This document shows positions 1-12,640 of a stretch of 64,000 nt of DNA, piece by piece. The stretch lies in contig NC_043006.1 in the NCBI RefSeq assembly GCF_006345805.1, forward strand, positions 79,050,001-79,114,000, in the 5' to 3' direction. Every line of letters starts with the position of its first letter. Positions within the stretch are counted from its first letter, which is position 1. A program made the translations under genes and the position numbers. The notes beneath the pieces are model-generated. The model made no database searches and was not told the DNA's origin. It worked only from the letters and a program-made list of their open reading frames with translations. This stretch comes from Octopus sinensis (Eukaryota).

Positions 1-542
1 GTACGCGCGCGTGTATGTATGTGTGTTTATGAATATATATCAATATGTGTGTATGTAACTTTGTGTATATTGGTAATAGCTTTTTTTGCTTTTTTTCGAA
101 CTTATATTTATATTCATACGCCAAAAAATAATCGAAGATTGTTACTATTTAAAATATAAATTAACAAATTAAATATTTTATATACTAATAAATATCAACT
201 GTTCAGAAAAACATATCATTTGTTTTGGGTTTTTTTCTTGTTTTTTTTTTTTTGTTATTTTTTCTTGTTTTTACCGTTTGCTTTTCATGCTTTTCTAAGA
301 TGCGTTTTTCAAGACAAGTATTAAATCTTTGCTTCAGATGTATTTTTCATTGATTTTTAACTCGATTTTCTTATCTGATACCCACATCCTAGTTAACTCT
401 GACCAAAGGGAAGTAAATCATTACTCTCTGCTCTTAGCGTCACACATAATGCATCTTAAGCTTTTGTATTCAAACCGGCCACATCAAACCCAAATACTGT
501 ACTTTGTTTTATGTTTTGATGGAGACGCATTTGATGCTTTGG

Positions 543-871
543 GAACCGGACAAGAATTGCTGCAGCTCGGCTGGGATATGTTACCCCACCCTCCATATTC
601 ACCAGATATTGCTCCTTCGGATTTCCACTTATTCAGGTCTTAATGGTAGAAATTTCAATTCCTTGGATGACGTAAAAAGATACCATGACGAATTCTTTGC
701 CATGAAACCACCTCAATTCGGGGAAGAGGGTATTTTCAAGTTAAAGAAAAGATGGAGACGCATTGTGCAACAAAATAGTTCATATTTGGTTGATTAAAAA
801 TGTAATGGCAAGTATTTATTGGCCTATTTCTTTCCTTTAAAAATCGGTACGAACTTTCCGGACAACCCAAT
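543..871 (+). mobile_element. mariner transposon 3' fragment with right TIR
   Basis: Translation LGWDMLPHPPYSPDIAPSDFHLFRS (YSPDLAP motif), then frameshifted C-terminus GIFKLKKRWRRIVQQNSSYLVD*; ends in TIR-like aaatcggtacgaactttccggacaacccaata. Confidence 0.85.
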
Positions 872-1529
872 ATAATCATTACATTTGACAATAATCTGAA
901 TAATTAAGGGTTAAACCGCATTATCCAAATATGTTCTCACTTCTTTTTCCTAGACAGTAGATTATTTTTGTGATTTTGGAACGTGATTTGGGAGTTTCTT
1001 TTCTACCAACTCGGGCAAGGACAAGAGTACACCAGCGCAAGAGTACAGATTTTCCCATGTAATTATGAAACAAGTTACATTTACATGAAATAGTCTGGTT
1101 CTTAAAGTCACCATAACTCTATCCTATCAAATATTTCCTCAGAATGTCTCCTTTATATTAATACTTGCAAAAAAATTAATTAATGATTTCTAAATCTCAT
1201 AACCGCAGGAACTAATAGGAGCAGTAAACAACAACAGTTTCCATAGTGATAGATAGATGAGAGATGAAGCTTTGTTTAGAGAGCCTGTTGATCCCTTTCA
1301 GAGAGATTTGTTATCAGAGAAATTAAAATCGATAATTTAGATTTGTCAATTCTAAAGTTACTCTTGGTACTTAAGTCTTGAATGAAAGCACTTGTAGTTC
1401 ATTTAATTGTATATGCGTTCCAGCAATAGCGGGGTCGTTTTCCCTGCGCTGGGCTGACGTTTCGTTCAGGAGGGATTGCTGTAATCTCAGTTATGTATAC
1501 GCCAAGGATATCAGGTTAACTTTCGGCCT

Positions 1530-1757
1530 TCATTACTACCCACAAGGGCTAAACATAAAGAGGACAAACAAGGACAGATATAGGTATTAAGTCGATTACA
1601 TCGAGCCCAGTGCGTAAGTGGTATTTATTTACTTGACCCCGACAGGATGAAAGGCAAAGTCGACCTCGGCGGAATTTGAACTCAGAACGTAACGACAGAC
1701 GAAATACCGCTAAGCATTTCGCCCGGCGTGCTAACGTTTCTTCCAGCTCGCCGCCTT
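1530..1757 (-). mobile_element. SINE family A (tRNA-derived, Nin/Deu-like central domain)
   Basis: Reverse complement of ggcgagctgg..aacgttagcacgccgggcgaaatgcttagcggtatttcgtc...gagttcaaattccgccgaggtcgactttgcctttcatcc; A-box and B-box (GTTCAAATTCC) present; many copies in window. Confidence 0.85.
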
Positions 1758-1879
1758 CCCTATAATGTTTAATAACAGCAACAATATATTTAATGATAGA
1801 GAGAGGCTCAATGTTAAAATTAGAATCAAATTTAATGTAAAATTCGTTTGCAATGGAATTTTACGTTAAGCCTGACTTA

Positions 1880-2145
1880 ACAAATGCAACAGATTTATGA
1901 AGAAGATTGTTTGAGCTATATGCAATGTCACAAATTGTACCAATGTTTTAAGTTGAGAATAGTACCAAACAAAGACGATTTTCAAATCTGGTTGACCTTC
2001 CACAACAATGGATGATGTTCTCATTGCCAAAGAATTTACTGTGATCCGTGAAAAACCGGGAATTTTTGAAGAAATAAGCATCTGAGAAAGTTCATGCATC
2101 GCGATTGTAAAAGAAAATTGAAGATGAGCTCTGTTATTACGCACA
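1880..2145 (+). mobile_element. decayed mariner transposase N-terminal fragment
   Basis: IYEEDCLSYMQCHKLYQCFK resembles the mariner HTH segment VYGDDCLSRTQVFEWFKRFK; multiple stops. Confidence 0.45.
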
Positions 2146-3164
2146 CACACACAGCAATAAAAGAACTGGCGTGATGTCACAAGTAGCCTAAACCAAAATC
2201 AGAAAGCCGTAACCGCAGGGGAAGTTCACCGTCATCAATTCACCGTTTTGGTGGGTCTTTGTTTGTTTGTTTGTTTTGTTGTTGTTTGGTTGGTTTGTTC
2301 GGGTATTTTTTTCAATAAAAATGTTTTTACCTATTAATGGTAAGATAATATGGATATATTTTCTCGGTAAACTTACCTCGCGGTGAATTGACGGTGTTGA
2401 CCTTATCTGTAATCTCCAAAAGACGTATTTTTCGTCCGCTAAAATCCATTACATCAGCGATAAGTACTGGCTCTTCAATATTTCCCCGATAACTGATCTA
2501 TTAGCTACTCTTATACTAAACAATATTCATTTATATGATTACGATCAACCCAACCACCTCATAGGTACATGTGTGAAACCAGAGTAAGGGAAAATTTGAT
2601 ATATTTAACATATGGTGGATTGTCGTGCATGGTAACAAAGTATCTGATTTGCTACTTCCTTGGTTATAAGTAAGAAAATAACTGTGTGTCTGCTAAACAG
2701 TCGTCAAAAATGTTCGGGTCATTCATAGTTTCGGTCAGTTTTAACAGAAAACGGTTTCAGCAATTAAAATTAAATTATAGATTAAACATTTTCAATGACA
2801 GTGACATCACCTGCCGAGTTTCATATCACCTTTTCCTATAAACTCAAACAAAGAAACCCTAATGTAGATACCTTGTGTTGCCTCACTCACAGTAGTAAAA
2901 ATCTGCTGTGAAAGAAAATAGGAAAATAATAAGCAGATCCATAATATTTATTTTTTATCTGCTAAGAAACAATAATACCGGAGGAAAGCCCGTTTTTTTT
3001 TTCTTTTTATTTCAAATTTTATAATTTTTTTTAAATTTAAAATATTGATTTCAAATATGTAAATGTAAGGTCAGAAATTTGAGGAGTACTGTCAATATTG
3101 TCACTCTCCATACGTAACTGATACTTTATTTCGTTAACTCCGGAAGAATGAACTTAGAACACGA

Positions 3165-3395
3165 TGAAATGTGTTGTCGGAGCACTGCATCCTTCAAAAC
3201 TTCCATGCTTCCTGAGATTCGCCAACACTACACCTGATTTTCTCCCCTCCATACACACGCAAGCATGTATCTGACTCATACACTGTTCGCTTTCCAGACA
3301 TTTGTACATTACTGCATATACTTTATACGCACTTTTGACAAGTTGTGGTGCACCTGAGCACTGTATACACTAATTTTATTATTATCATTATTATA
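3165..3395 (+). mobile_element. probable LINE 3' tail ending in (ATT)n
   Basis: cttttgacaagttgtggtgcacctgagcactgtatacac followed by ATT repeats; typical non-LTR 3' end. Confidence 0.4.
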
Positions 3396-3793
3396 AGTGT
3401 TGCAAGACATTTCGAGGAGCGCTCCGACGATACAACTAACTGTCCCTTTGTTTGGTTGTAGATTAGTTGGTTAAAACTATTCACATTAGTTACATTAATG
3501 TTTGTTTTGTGTGCTTTACTGGTGTGTGACTGAAGTGAACCAACAATGGAGAGGGATGCAAAGACAGTAAGAGAAGTTTTCTTAATAGTTTGGAGTGACT
3601 CAAAATAATACTTGTGGCAAACGAAAATGAATTTAATTGACAATGAATATTTGTAGCACAAAAGTTGTGAAACCAAAATAAATGTTGTTTCGGTAAGAGG
3701 AGAGAAGATTCGTAAAGATAAAAATAATATATTTTGCCTCCCATCTTATATATCTTAATTCTGCTGATAGTGTTTTGGAGAGACAGTTTGAAT

Positions 3794-4106
<313 letters not shown>

Positions 4107-4364
4107 CGATAGGTTTGTATAAGTATTTTGTTCACCTAATTTAAATTAGAAAATAATGGCTACTTAATTCCCAAACGTTTATACTTTATTGCTAAAAGGC
4201 AATTGATAAATAAGTCCCTACCCCAAAGAAAAGCAAAAATAAAAGATCGACAATGGTATGCAAGTAGCCAATACAATAAAGGTTCGTTTAAGTGGCTACT
4301 AAAAATATTATTAACTATCATTAATTGTTCCCTTTCGATAACTGATTCTCAATATTTTGTTATA

Positions 4365-5225
4365 TTGTTGTTGTTGGCATCCTTTTTGTCTCGGGGGACA
4401 ATGGAGTTGCGCATAAAGTAGTCTAGTCCGGCTTTTACATTTCATGTCCTGATACATTTCCTGCTGTGGCTGTGTAGTCCTATCCTGGACAAACACTCCC
4501 TCTGGCAGGTACCGCAAATGTAGCGAATACTGTTCCTGGCTGGTTGTAATGCCATAGTTTCTTGTTGACGTCTTTTTTTGTCTTTCATTTCTCCTTTCTC
4601 TCTCTGTCACTCCTTTGTATTCCCTCTTTTACGGTACGTCGCCAATCTCCACGATTGCCGGCAACTGCCTCCCAACCGCTAATATTGATGTTGCAGGCCT
4701 TCATGTCCCTTTTGCAAACATCCTTGTAACGTAAGAACGGTCTACCCACAGACGTAGTACCCCTAGCAAGCTCTCCGTAGAGTACGTCCTTGGGGATTCT
4801 GCCATCTTTCATACGGCTAACATGCCCAAGCCATCTCATACGTCTTTGTGTGAGGAGTGCAAACATGCTTGGTATTCCTGCTTGCTTGAGGACATCTTTA
4901 TTGGGGATATGATTCTGCCATTTGATGCGGAGGATTTTCCGGAGGCAGCGCAGGTGAAAGATGTTTAGGCGACTCTCTTGGCGTGTGTATAGCGTCCAAG
5001 TCTCACTTCCATGCAGTAGAGTGCTAAGTACACATGCCTGGTAGATCTTCATTTTCGTGGTCTTGGTCAGCTTATTGTTGTCCCACGCCCGTTTGGAGAG
5101 TTGGGCCATCACAGCAGCTGCCTTGCCAATGCGTATATTGAGCTCAGCATCAAGGGATAGGTTGTAGGTGACGGTAGAGCCAAGATAGGTAAACTTATCC
5201 ACCACTTGTAATCTGTGGTCTCCAA
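4365..5225 (-). mobile_element. RTE (BovB-like) LINE, 5'-truncated 3' portion of RT ORF
   Basis: ORF 4585-5205: DKFTYLGS, KIYQACVLSTLLHGSETW, RRMRWLGHVSRM, GRIPKDVLYGEL; out-of-frame terminal zinc finger FTCGTCQRECLSRIGLHSHSRKC*; (CAA)n tail at about 4365-4378. Confidence 0.92.
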
Positions 5226-5664
5226 TATGTATGTTTTGGAGACCACAGATTTTGTTATATAATGCAGATTATTAATTATCACGCGTATTCTTTCAACAGT
5301 GACTGTACTGCTACTCTTCCAGACGTTAGTTAGTAACATATGAGGTTTCAAAAATGTTTCCCAAAGATATATCTATTAGATAGAGACAGTGCAGGCGCAT
5401 AGAATGTGATAACGCAAAGGTTTTTGTGGGGGAGGCAACTCATGTATTAGAGTTACTTCCCATAGAAATATTACATGGGAGATAACTGTAACTTAGTACA
5501 GTTGAAATGGGCGTTTTATTCAAAACGTTTTAATGTTGTTTTGTATACTTAGAGATGTGTAAGCATTGCTGAGGTGAGATATTAAAAAAGATTTTGCGTA
5601 GCCAAAGTGAAAAGGCTGGTAGATGAACAAAAACAGACGCATAGAGATATCATATTTTTTTTTC

Positions 5665-5990
5665 TTTTATTCTTTTATTTGTTTCAGTCATTTGACTGCA
5701 GCCATGCTAGAGCAACGCCTTTAGTCGAAGAAATTGACCCCATGACTTATTCCTTGTAAGCCCAGTACTTATTCTATCGGTCTCTTTTTTTGAACCGCTA
5801 GGTTATGGGGACGTAAACACACCAACATTGGTTGTCAAGAGATAGTAGGGAGACAAACATAGACACACACACATATGTGTGTATGTGTGTGCGTGTGTGT
5901 ACACGAAAGGAGTCACGCAATGGGACTGAACCCGGAACCATGTGCTTGGTAAGCAATCTACTTACCACACAGCCAATGCCGCGCCTATAA
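5665..5990 (-). mobile_element. SINE family B (tRNA-derived, CORE-like domain), internally deleted
   Basis: Reverse complement of ggctgtgtggtaagtag..ggttccgggttcagtccca head plus 3' part gaataagt..ctaaaggcg..gcatggctgcagtcaaatgactgaaac. Confidence 0.85.
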
Positions 5991-6009
5991 TAATAATGTT
6001 TTCTGTCAT

Positions 6010-6372
6010 TTTGGCACAAGGCCAGTGATTTTGAGGTGGCGGGTAAAGACGATCTAATCGACCCCAGTTTTCAACTGGCTCTTATTTTATCGACCCTGGA
6101 AGGGGGAAAAGCAAAGTTGACCTCAGCAGAGTTTGAACTCAGAACGTAATGAGCCGAAAGAGATGTCAGCAAGCATTTTGTCCGATGCGCTTATGATTTT
6201 GCCAGCTCGCCGTCTTTAATTTTGAGAAGTGGGGTTAGTCGTTGTAATCGATCACACAATTCAACTAGTACTTACTTCATCGACCCTGAAAGGATGAAAA
6301 GTTAGGTCGACCTCGGCGTAATTTGAACTCAGATTGTAAAAGAGCCACTAAACATTTTTTCCGACCTGCTAA
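6010..6372 (-). mobile_element. two diverged SINE family A fragments
   Basis: atcgacccc..gacctc..tttgaactcaga motifs repeated twice. Confidence 0.65.
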
Positions 6373-6379
6373 TGATTCT

Positions 6380-6981
6380 TATTTCTTTACTGCCCACAAA
6401 AGGGCTACGCACTGAGGGGACAAACAAGGACAGACAAACAGATTAAGTCGATTATATCGACCCAGTGCGTAACTGGTACTTATTTAATCGACCCCGAAAG
6501 GATGAAAGGCAAAGTCGACCTCGGCGGAATTTGAACTCAGAACGTAGCGGCAGACGAAATACTCATTTCTTTACTGCCCAAAAGGTGCTACACACAGAGA
6601 GGACAAACAAGGACAGACAAACGGATTAAGTCGATTATATCTACCCCAGTGCGTAACTGGTATTTAATTTATCGACCCCGAAAGGATGAAAGGCAAAGTC
6701 GACCTCGGCAGAATTTGAACTCAGAACGGAACGGCAGACGAAATACTTATTTCTTTACTGCCCAAAAGGTGCTACACACAGAGAGGACAAACAAGGACAG
6801 ACAAACGGATTAAGTCGATTATATCTACCCCAGTGCGTCACTGGTACTTATTTAATCGACCCCGAAAGGATGAAAGGCAAAGTCGACCTCGGCGGAATTT
6901 GAACTCAGAACGTAACGGCAGACGAAATAACGCTAAGCATTTCGCCCGGCGTGCTAACGATTCTACCAGCTCACCGCCTTC
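6380..6981 (-). mobile_element. SINE family A with three tandem ~185-bp body units
   Basis: Units at about 6381-6563, 6564-6748 and 6749-6930, single head at about 6930-6981. Confidence 0.9.
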
Positions 6982-7609
6982 ACTTTCAAATTTTAACTCA
7001 AGCGCAGCAATTTTAAGAGGGCCGGATTAGTCTACAGCGTCGATCACCAACGTTCAACTGACACCACGAAAGGGGAAAAGGCAAAGCTGGCTTCGGCGAG
7101 ATTTGAACTCAGAACGCAGAGTGAAAAAATACAGCAAGGCATTTTTACGGCGCTCAAATGTGTGTGTGCGTGTTGATAGTGCTTAACGTGGTAACAGGTC
7201 TTCTTGATTGGCTGTTTCTGTGCTTTGTTGTTTCGTTTTTGTTAATTTTTGTCATATTTTTGTGTCTTTACATTTTTATATTAAATTTTGTCATATTTAT
7301 GTTTTTACATTTTTAAATAAATTTTTACTTTATTTTTGTTTGGTGGTGGTATTTTAATTTTTTGTATTTATTTAGTTTTACTTCTTTGTTTCTTTTCCAT
7401 CCAGTTTGATTAGTATCTACTAATGCGTTCTGGTCGTCTGTCGTGGATGACATTCAACAGAGTCGTTAGAGCATCAAGGTGAATGTTCTGTGGTGAATGT
7501 TTTGTGGTGAATGTTCTGTGGTATGTTTTACCGACTCGCTACGCTCAGAGTTCAAATACAGCAAAACTCAACTGTTGCTTTTTACACTTTCGGAATCAAC
7601 AAAAAAGAC

Positions 7610-7870
7610 AAATAGCACCAGTCCTGAGAATTGGAATGCCAGAATTGTCCAAACATTGAACGCAATGCTTTGCAGTATCTGCTGTGCCTCACTACATTCT
7701 GACGCAACGCCTGCGATAACGCTGATAACAAGTACTATTGGCCTAGCTTTTCAATTGTACAACATCAGAAGCGTAGAGAGGAAAGACCACCATGTATGAG
7801 CAGCTGCTAGTCTTTCACAAAGCCTTCATCAAGTCTGCGACATACCGTGTGCGGAAATTCAGCCCGTCTG
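7610..7870 (+). mobile_element. possible highly decayed RT fragment
   Basis: KTNSTSPENWNARI...TSTIGLAFQLYNI loosely echoes KGDxxDPxNYR...STxDQIFxL of LINE RTs. Confidence 0.25.
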
Positions 7871-8114
7871 TAATATACGGAAAAAGTAATTGTCTGCCGT
7901 GTGTCTTGTTAAGAATTCTATTGTGCGTTTGGTGTAAATGAATCAAAGATGATAGAATAATGAGAGAAAAATCTTAGTTTCTTTAGTTATGAGTCTTATA
8001 CGGATTCATGAGTGATGGCCATATTTTCCCATTCAATTCTTAATGTCGATGAATGTGTAAACTTTAGAAATTAGAAGCGGTACATTTTCGTTTCTATGTG
8101 TTTGGTCGCTGTAG

Positions 8115-8290
8115 TCTTCTTCTTCTTCTTCTTCTTCTTCTTCTTCTTCTTCTTCTTCTTCTTCTTCTTCTTCTTTTTCTTCTTCTTCTTCTTCTTCTTC
8201 TTCTTCTCTTCTTCTTCTTCTCTCTTCTTCTTCTCTTCTTCTTCTTCTTCTTCTTCTTCTTCTTCTTCTTCTTCTTCTTCTTCTTCTTCC
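8115..8290. repeat. (CTT)n tract, tail of adjacent SINE family C copy
   Basis: Directly visible; abuts SINE 3' end. Confidence 0.95.
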
Positions 8291-8766
8291 AATCAGGGCT
8301 CACGCCATTAGCCACAAAGAATACTCTCTAATTCCAGCCTACTCTAAGCTACTAAGAATGCGTGTGGCAACTTGAAGATCCACCCACCATACGCGATAGA
8401 CTGGCGGTTGCACGGGCACGAAAGCTACGTTGTTATCCTCATTCCGTAAACGGTGGCTTTTTAACAGGTGGGGAGCTGAACCATCCTGGAGTACAGAGGA
8501 TTCGCAATCTAGACTAGGGTCTGAAAGTTTATCACACCATAGTGGGTTACACCATGGTTCCTCTGCTTTGTGGCAGAAGTAGGAAGAAAAAGTGAGAGAA
8601 AGTTGTGGTGAAAGAGTACAGCGGGGTTCACCACCACCCCACGCCGGAGCATCGTGGAGCTTAGGTGTTTTTACTCAATAAACACTCACAATGCCTGGTT
8701 TGGGAATCGAAACCGCGTTCTTATAACCGCGAGTCCGCTGCCCTAGCCACTAGGCCATTGCGCCTC
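8290..8766 (-). mobile_element. SINE family C (tRNA head gaggcgcaatggcctagtgg) with GAA-tailed 3' module
   Basis: tRNA-like head with A and B boxes at about 8700-8766; closely matches the inverted copy at 37942-38420. Confidence 0.9.
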
Positions 8767-9434
8767 AGCTCGTTGGTGCCGACGCCATCATCGTTGTCAC
8801 TGCCGCAGCCGGCGCAGTCTTCGTCTTCGTCGTCTTTCTCGTTGACTTTGCCGTCCTTGTCGTCATCGCCGTCGCTGTCATCATCCACCTCGTCACCGTC
8901 GTCATCGCCGTCATCGTCTTCATTGTCGCCTCCACAGCCGTTGTTTATGTATTAGCTATTCTGTAAAACAAAGTCCGATAGAATACGCACCCAACTTTTA
9001 TAAAAAAAAAAGAAATTAGTACTGATGTCTCTCTCTCTATTCGACCAAAACAAAACTTCAAGGCAATGCCCCAGCACAGCCGCAGTTCAATGACTGAAAA
9101 AAGTAAAATAGTTGCTTGCAACACAGCTTCCCTCTCGTGTCAGTGACTTTTAGTTGAATTATTAAACGACCTTCCACCTGTACAGCGCACCTCTTACATT
9201 TAAAGCTTCACATAATTGTACATAAAATATTTAAAAGCATTTATGTATTTAAGAAAAGATAAAACAGCTTTTTAATGTAATGTACTTTTTATTAATTTCT
9301 ATTCAGCCGTTTCTCGACAGTAAAATGTTATGGATGATTTAAAACGTAAAAAACGAAATATCTTTTATCACTCTGAATAAAAGTAATATTGGGACTCCTA
9401 TTCTGTTTATTTTATTTATTTGTCTATATACAAA

Positions 9435-9745
9435 TACAGGCGTGGTTCTGTGGTAAGAAGCTTGCTTCTCATCCACAGGGTTCCGAGCTCAGTCTCACTG
9501 CGTGGTTCCTTGGGCTAGAGTCTTCTACTATAGCCTCGGGCCGACCAAAGCCTTGTGAGTAGATTTAGTAGACGGAAACTGAAAGAAGCCCATCGTGCGT
9601 GCGTGTGTGTGTTTGTTCCTCCACCATTGCTTAGCGGTTCGGTGAAAAGGGCCGATAGAATAAGTACAAGACTTAAAAATTAAGTCCTGTGGTCGATTTG
9701 TTTGACTGAAATCCTTCAAGACGGTGCTCCAGCATGGCCGCTATT
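9435..9745 (+). mobile_element. SINE family B
   Basis: aggcgtggttctgtggtaagaagcttgc...ctatagcctcgggccgaccaaagccttgtgag..gacggaaactgaaagaagccc. Confidence 0.88.
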
Positions 9746-9842
9746 TTTTTTGTGGGGGGGCTTTCTTAAATTTCTATACATTAGTTCCTCCACACACACA
9801 CATACACGTGTAGTTTATTCATTCTTTTTTCTTTTTTTTTTA

Positions 9843-10240
9843 GGCGCAGGAGTGGCTGTGTGGTAAGTAGCTTGCTTACCAACCACATGGTTCCGGGCTC
9901 AGTCCCACTGCGTGGGCCAAGTGTCTTCCACTATAGCCTCGGGCCAAGTGTCTTCTACTATAGCCTCGGGCCGACCGAGTGGATTTGGTAGACGGAAACT
10001 GAAAGAAGCCCGTCGTATATATATATGTGTGGCGGGGTATATGTTTGTGTGTCTGTGTTTGTCCCCCCAACATCGCTTGACAACCAATGCTGGTGCGTTT
10101 ACGTCCCCGTAACTTAGCGGTCCGACAAAAGAGACCGATAGAATAAGTACTAGACTTACAAAGAATAAGTCCTGGGGTCCATGTGCTCAACTAAAGGTGG
10201 TGCTCCAGCATGGCAGCAGTCAAATGACTGAAACAAGAGT
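9843..10240 (+). mobile_element. SINE family B, near full length, with 27-bp internal duplication
   Basis: aggcgcaggagtggctgtgtggtaag head; gggccaagtgtctt(c/t)(c/t)actatagcctc present twice. Confidence 0.92.
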
Positions 10241-10519
10241 AATTAAACTAAAGACCTTAATATATATCAAAATTCAGGAAAATAAATAAGCATCTGCTAT
10301 CGCATCTACGCATGTATCCTATTCTCTCAACCACGCTACACAGTGTGATTTAATGTATTCTCTCTATCATGAATAGCGTCCGCAGCTTCAAAACATTGAC
10401 AGAATCAGTTTAAAATTTGGAGAGAGTGATTTCTTGATGCTAGTCTGATTCTAAGAAGATTCGGTAGATTTCAAAGCAGTTGAAGATAAAATATGCTTTC
10501 TTCTGCTTTCTTCTTCTCA

Positions 10520-10705
10520 AGCCGGGTAAAATGCTTAGCGGCATTTCATCCGTCCTTACGTTCTGAGTTCAAATTCCGTCGTAGTCGATCTTGCCTTGCT
10601 TCCTTTCGGAGTCGATAAATTAAGTACCAATGAAACACTGGGGTTGATGTAATCGACTTATCCCCTACAAGAAAATTTCAGACCTTGTGCCTTTAGTAGA
10701 ACGGA
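10520..10705 (+). mobile_element. SINE family A
   Basis: aaatgcttagcggcatttc..ttctgagttcaaattcc..gtcgataaattaagtacca. Confidence 0.8.
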
Positions 10706-10706
10706 A

Positions 10707-10707
<1 letters not shown>

Positions 10708-10783
<76 letters not shown>

Positions 10784-10810
10784 TACTACTACTACTACTA
10801 TTATTATTTT
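10708..10810. repeat. (ATT)n(ACT)n microsatellite
   Basis: Directly visible. Confidence 0.95.
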
Positions 10811-11149
10811 CATTATTAGAATCTTTGTGGTTTTCGTCACTGTCTATAATTTTGTTCCAATTGTTTTCAATATGGGTATATGGATTAAGTTTTGTATACT
10901 AATTATGAAAATATATTTAAGTTTTCCTATAAATTCATAATTGAAATGCTATTAGACTTTAGATTTTGCAAAATTTGGATATTTTACCCAATCAGAAGCG
11001 AGTATTTTACACATCACCGTTGCGAAGAACTCTGTTTCCATAGTAACTAAAGCAAAGAAGCACCACATGTTCCATAGCTGATTACGAATGACTCTGCTTT
11101 CGTAGTAACCAATGATGCTGCGCATGTGTACAAGGAAAGTAACCACCAC

Positions 11150-11345
11150 GTGTTCTATAATTGTTTACACAACAGATGGTACTCACACTCAACAAATTGA
11201 AAGTACCTGGGCATCTTTAAAGCGTAAAAACAAACGCCAGCGTGGGACACACCGTTCTATGGTTGACTCTCCGTGAATTTATGTGGAGAAGATATGAGAA
11301 AGATAATTTATTTTACAAAATCCTAGAGTATGTTGCAAACTTTTG
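11150..11345 (+). mobile_element. Merlin (IS1016/ISXO2-like) transposase C-terminal remnant
   Basis: GTHTQQIESTWASLKRKNKRQRGTHRSMVDS / EFMWRRY matches the Merlin HTQxIESxW...YLxEFMWR pattern. Confidence 0.7.
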
Positions 11346-11504
11346 AATTAATTCATAAATATCTTCTTTAATCAATGGTTTGACTGTTATTTCTAGCAAC
11401 TCCTGATGGTTTTCTCGTAGCTTTTAAATATAGAATTTGCTCGCAAATGTTTTAATGTTTTTTGATGGTTTACTGTAGCTAGTTTAATGTTTTGACATGA
11501 TGGA

Positions 11505-11675
11505 AGAGGCAGCGACGTGCTGGTTTCGCCCGTCGGAGTCCAAATTCCGCCGAGGTCGACTTTACATTTCATCCTTTCGGGGTCGAAAAATTAGTACTAG
11601 TTGAGTACTGGGATCGATATAATCGACTATCCCCCTCCCCAAAATGTCAGGCCTTGTGCCTATAGTAGAAAGGAT
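11505..11675 (+). mobile_element. SINE family A
   Basis: ccaaattccgccgaggtcgactttacatttcatcctttcggggtcg. Confidence 0.8.
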
Positions 11676-11699
11676 TATTGTTTTATTATTATTATTATT

Positions 11700-12478
11700 A
11701 TTCAGTAGTCTTATTTTTATCACGTGCTTTCACTGCACTACCGAGCACAGCTTTGTGTGCCTTGGTATATGTGCTGTGGTTTGTTGTGATGCTCTTATTT
11801 TCATTTTATTGAAAGTGCTTTACGTAGGATGTGTGCACTGCCTAGTAGTGCTATTTTCAGTATGCTATATATACTTGTAAGTCCTGATGTTTTTATTATG
11901 TACTTGTCTGAATGGTTGTTTGTTTGTTTGTTTTGCATACGTAATGCGCCTACTATAATAGAAATTGCTTGTTTTTAGGTTCTACATTCGAGTTACCTCT
12001 ATTTCCAGATCTTTGTATTTTGAAAGTTTCTCCCTTTCTTTTAGAGAAACCTTTTCATCTGTTGGCATTGAAACCTTGGTGATTTCTGACAGCTATATCC
12101 GACATACTGGCCTTAATTTTTCTATCTGTGTGTATTGGAATATCCCAGAGTATGGTTGATTTCTCATTTCTGTAAGCTTTTCTGGCGTGTGCCTATACCA
12201 TCTTTTTTCTGTTTTTATTCCATAGTGTTGGTATAGTTTCAAGTGTTTATAGGTCCCAACTCTATGGTGTCTGTAAATATATTCCTTCTTAGCCAGAACT
12301 GGGCAGCCAGAGACAATATGATCTATTGTTTCTTCTCTATAACCACATATTCTGCAGTTACTTGTATTTCACAATGTGTTTTGGGTGATTTCTGGTGGGA
12401 AGACCTTGATCATGTGCTGCAATTAAAATTCCTTCAGCCTCTGCTTTGCGTCCTGAGCCTGCAAAGACTGAAGGATTA
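11700..12478 (-). mobile_element. R4/Dong-like (restriction-like endonuclease) non-LTR retrotransposon 3' fragment
   Basis: Minus-strand frames give AEAEGILIAAHDQGLPTRNHPKHI, CRICG..ETIDHIVSGCPVLAKKEYI, KYKDLEIEVTRM and KIALLGSAHIL; (AAT)n tail at about 11680-11700. Confidence 0.8.
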
Positions 12479-12490
12479 TTATTGTTGTTG

Positions 12491-12561
<71 letters not shown>

Positions 12562-12640
12562 GAGTGAGAGAGCCGTGCATGCCATCAAAGTGATACTGGG
12601 GTAAAATATACGAAGCCCAGTATACCCATCATGACTACCC
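12562..12640 (-). mobile_element. 3' fragment of (AAT)-tailed repeat family D
   Basis: Matches 46700-46780 and 47323-47400 (gccatcaaagtga.actgggg.aaaatatacgaagcccagtatac). Confidence 0.8.

Noticed and set aside
6380-6981. Tandem ~185-bp units as a CRISPR-like array
   Set aside because: Units are whole SINE bodies without unique spacers; eukaryotic context and no cas genes
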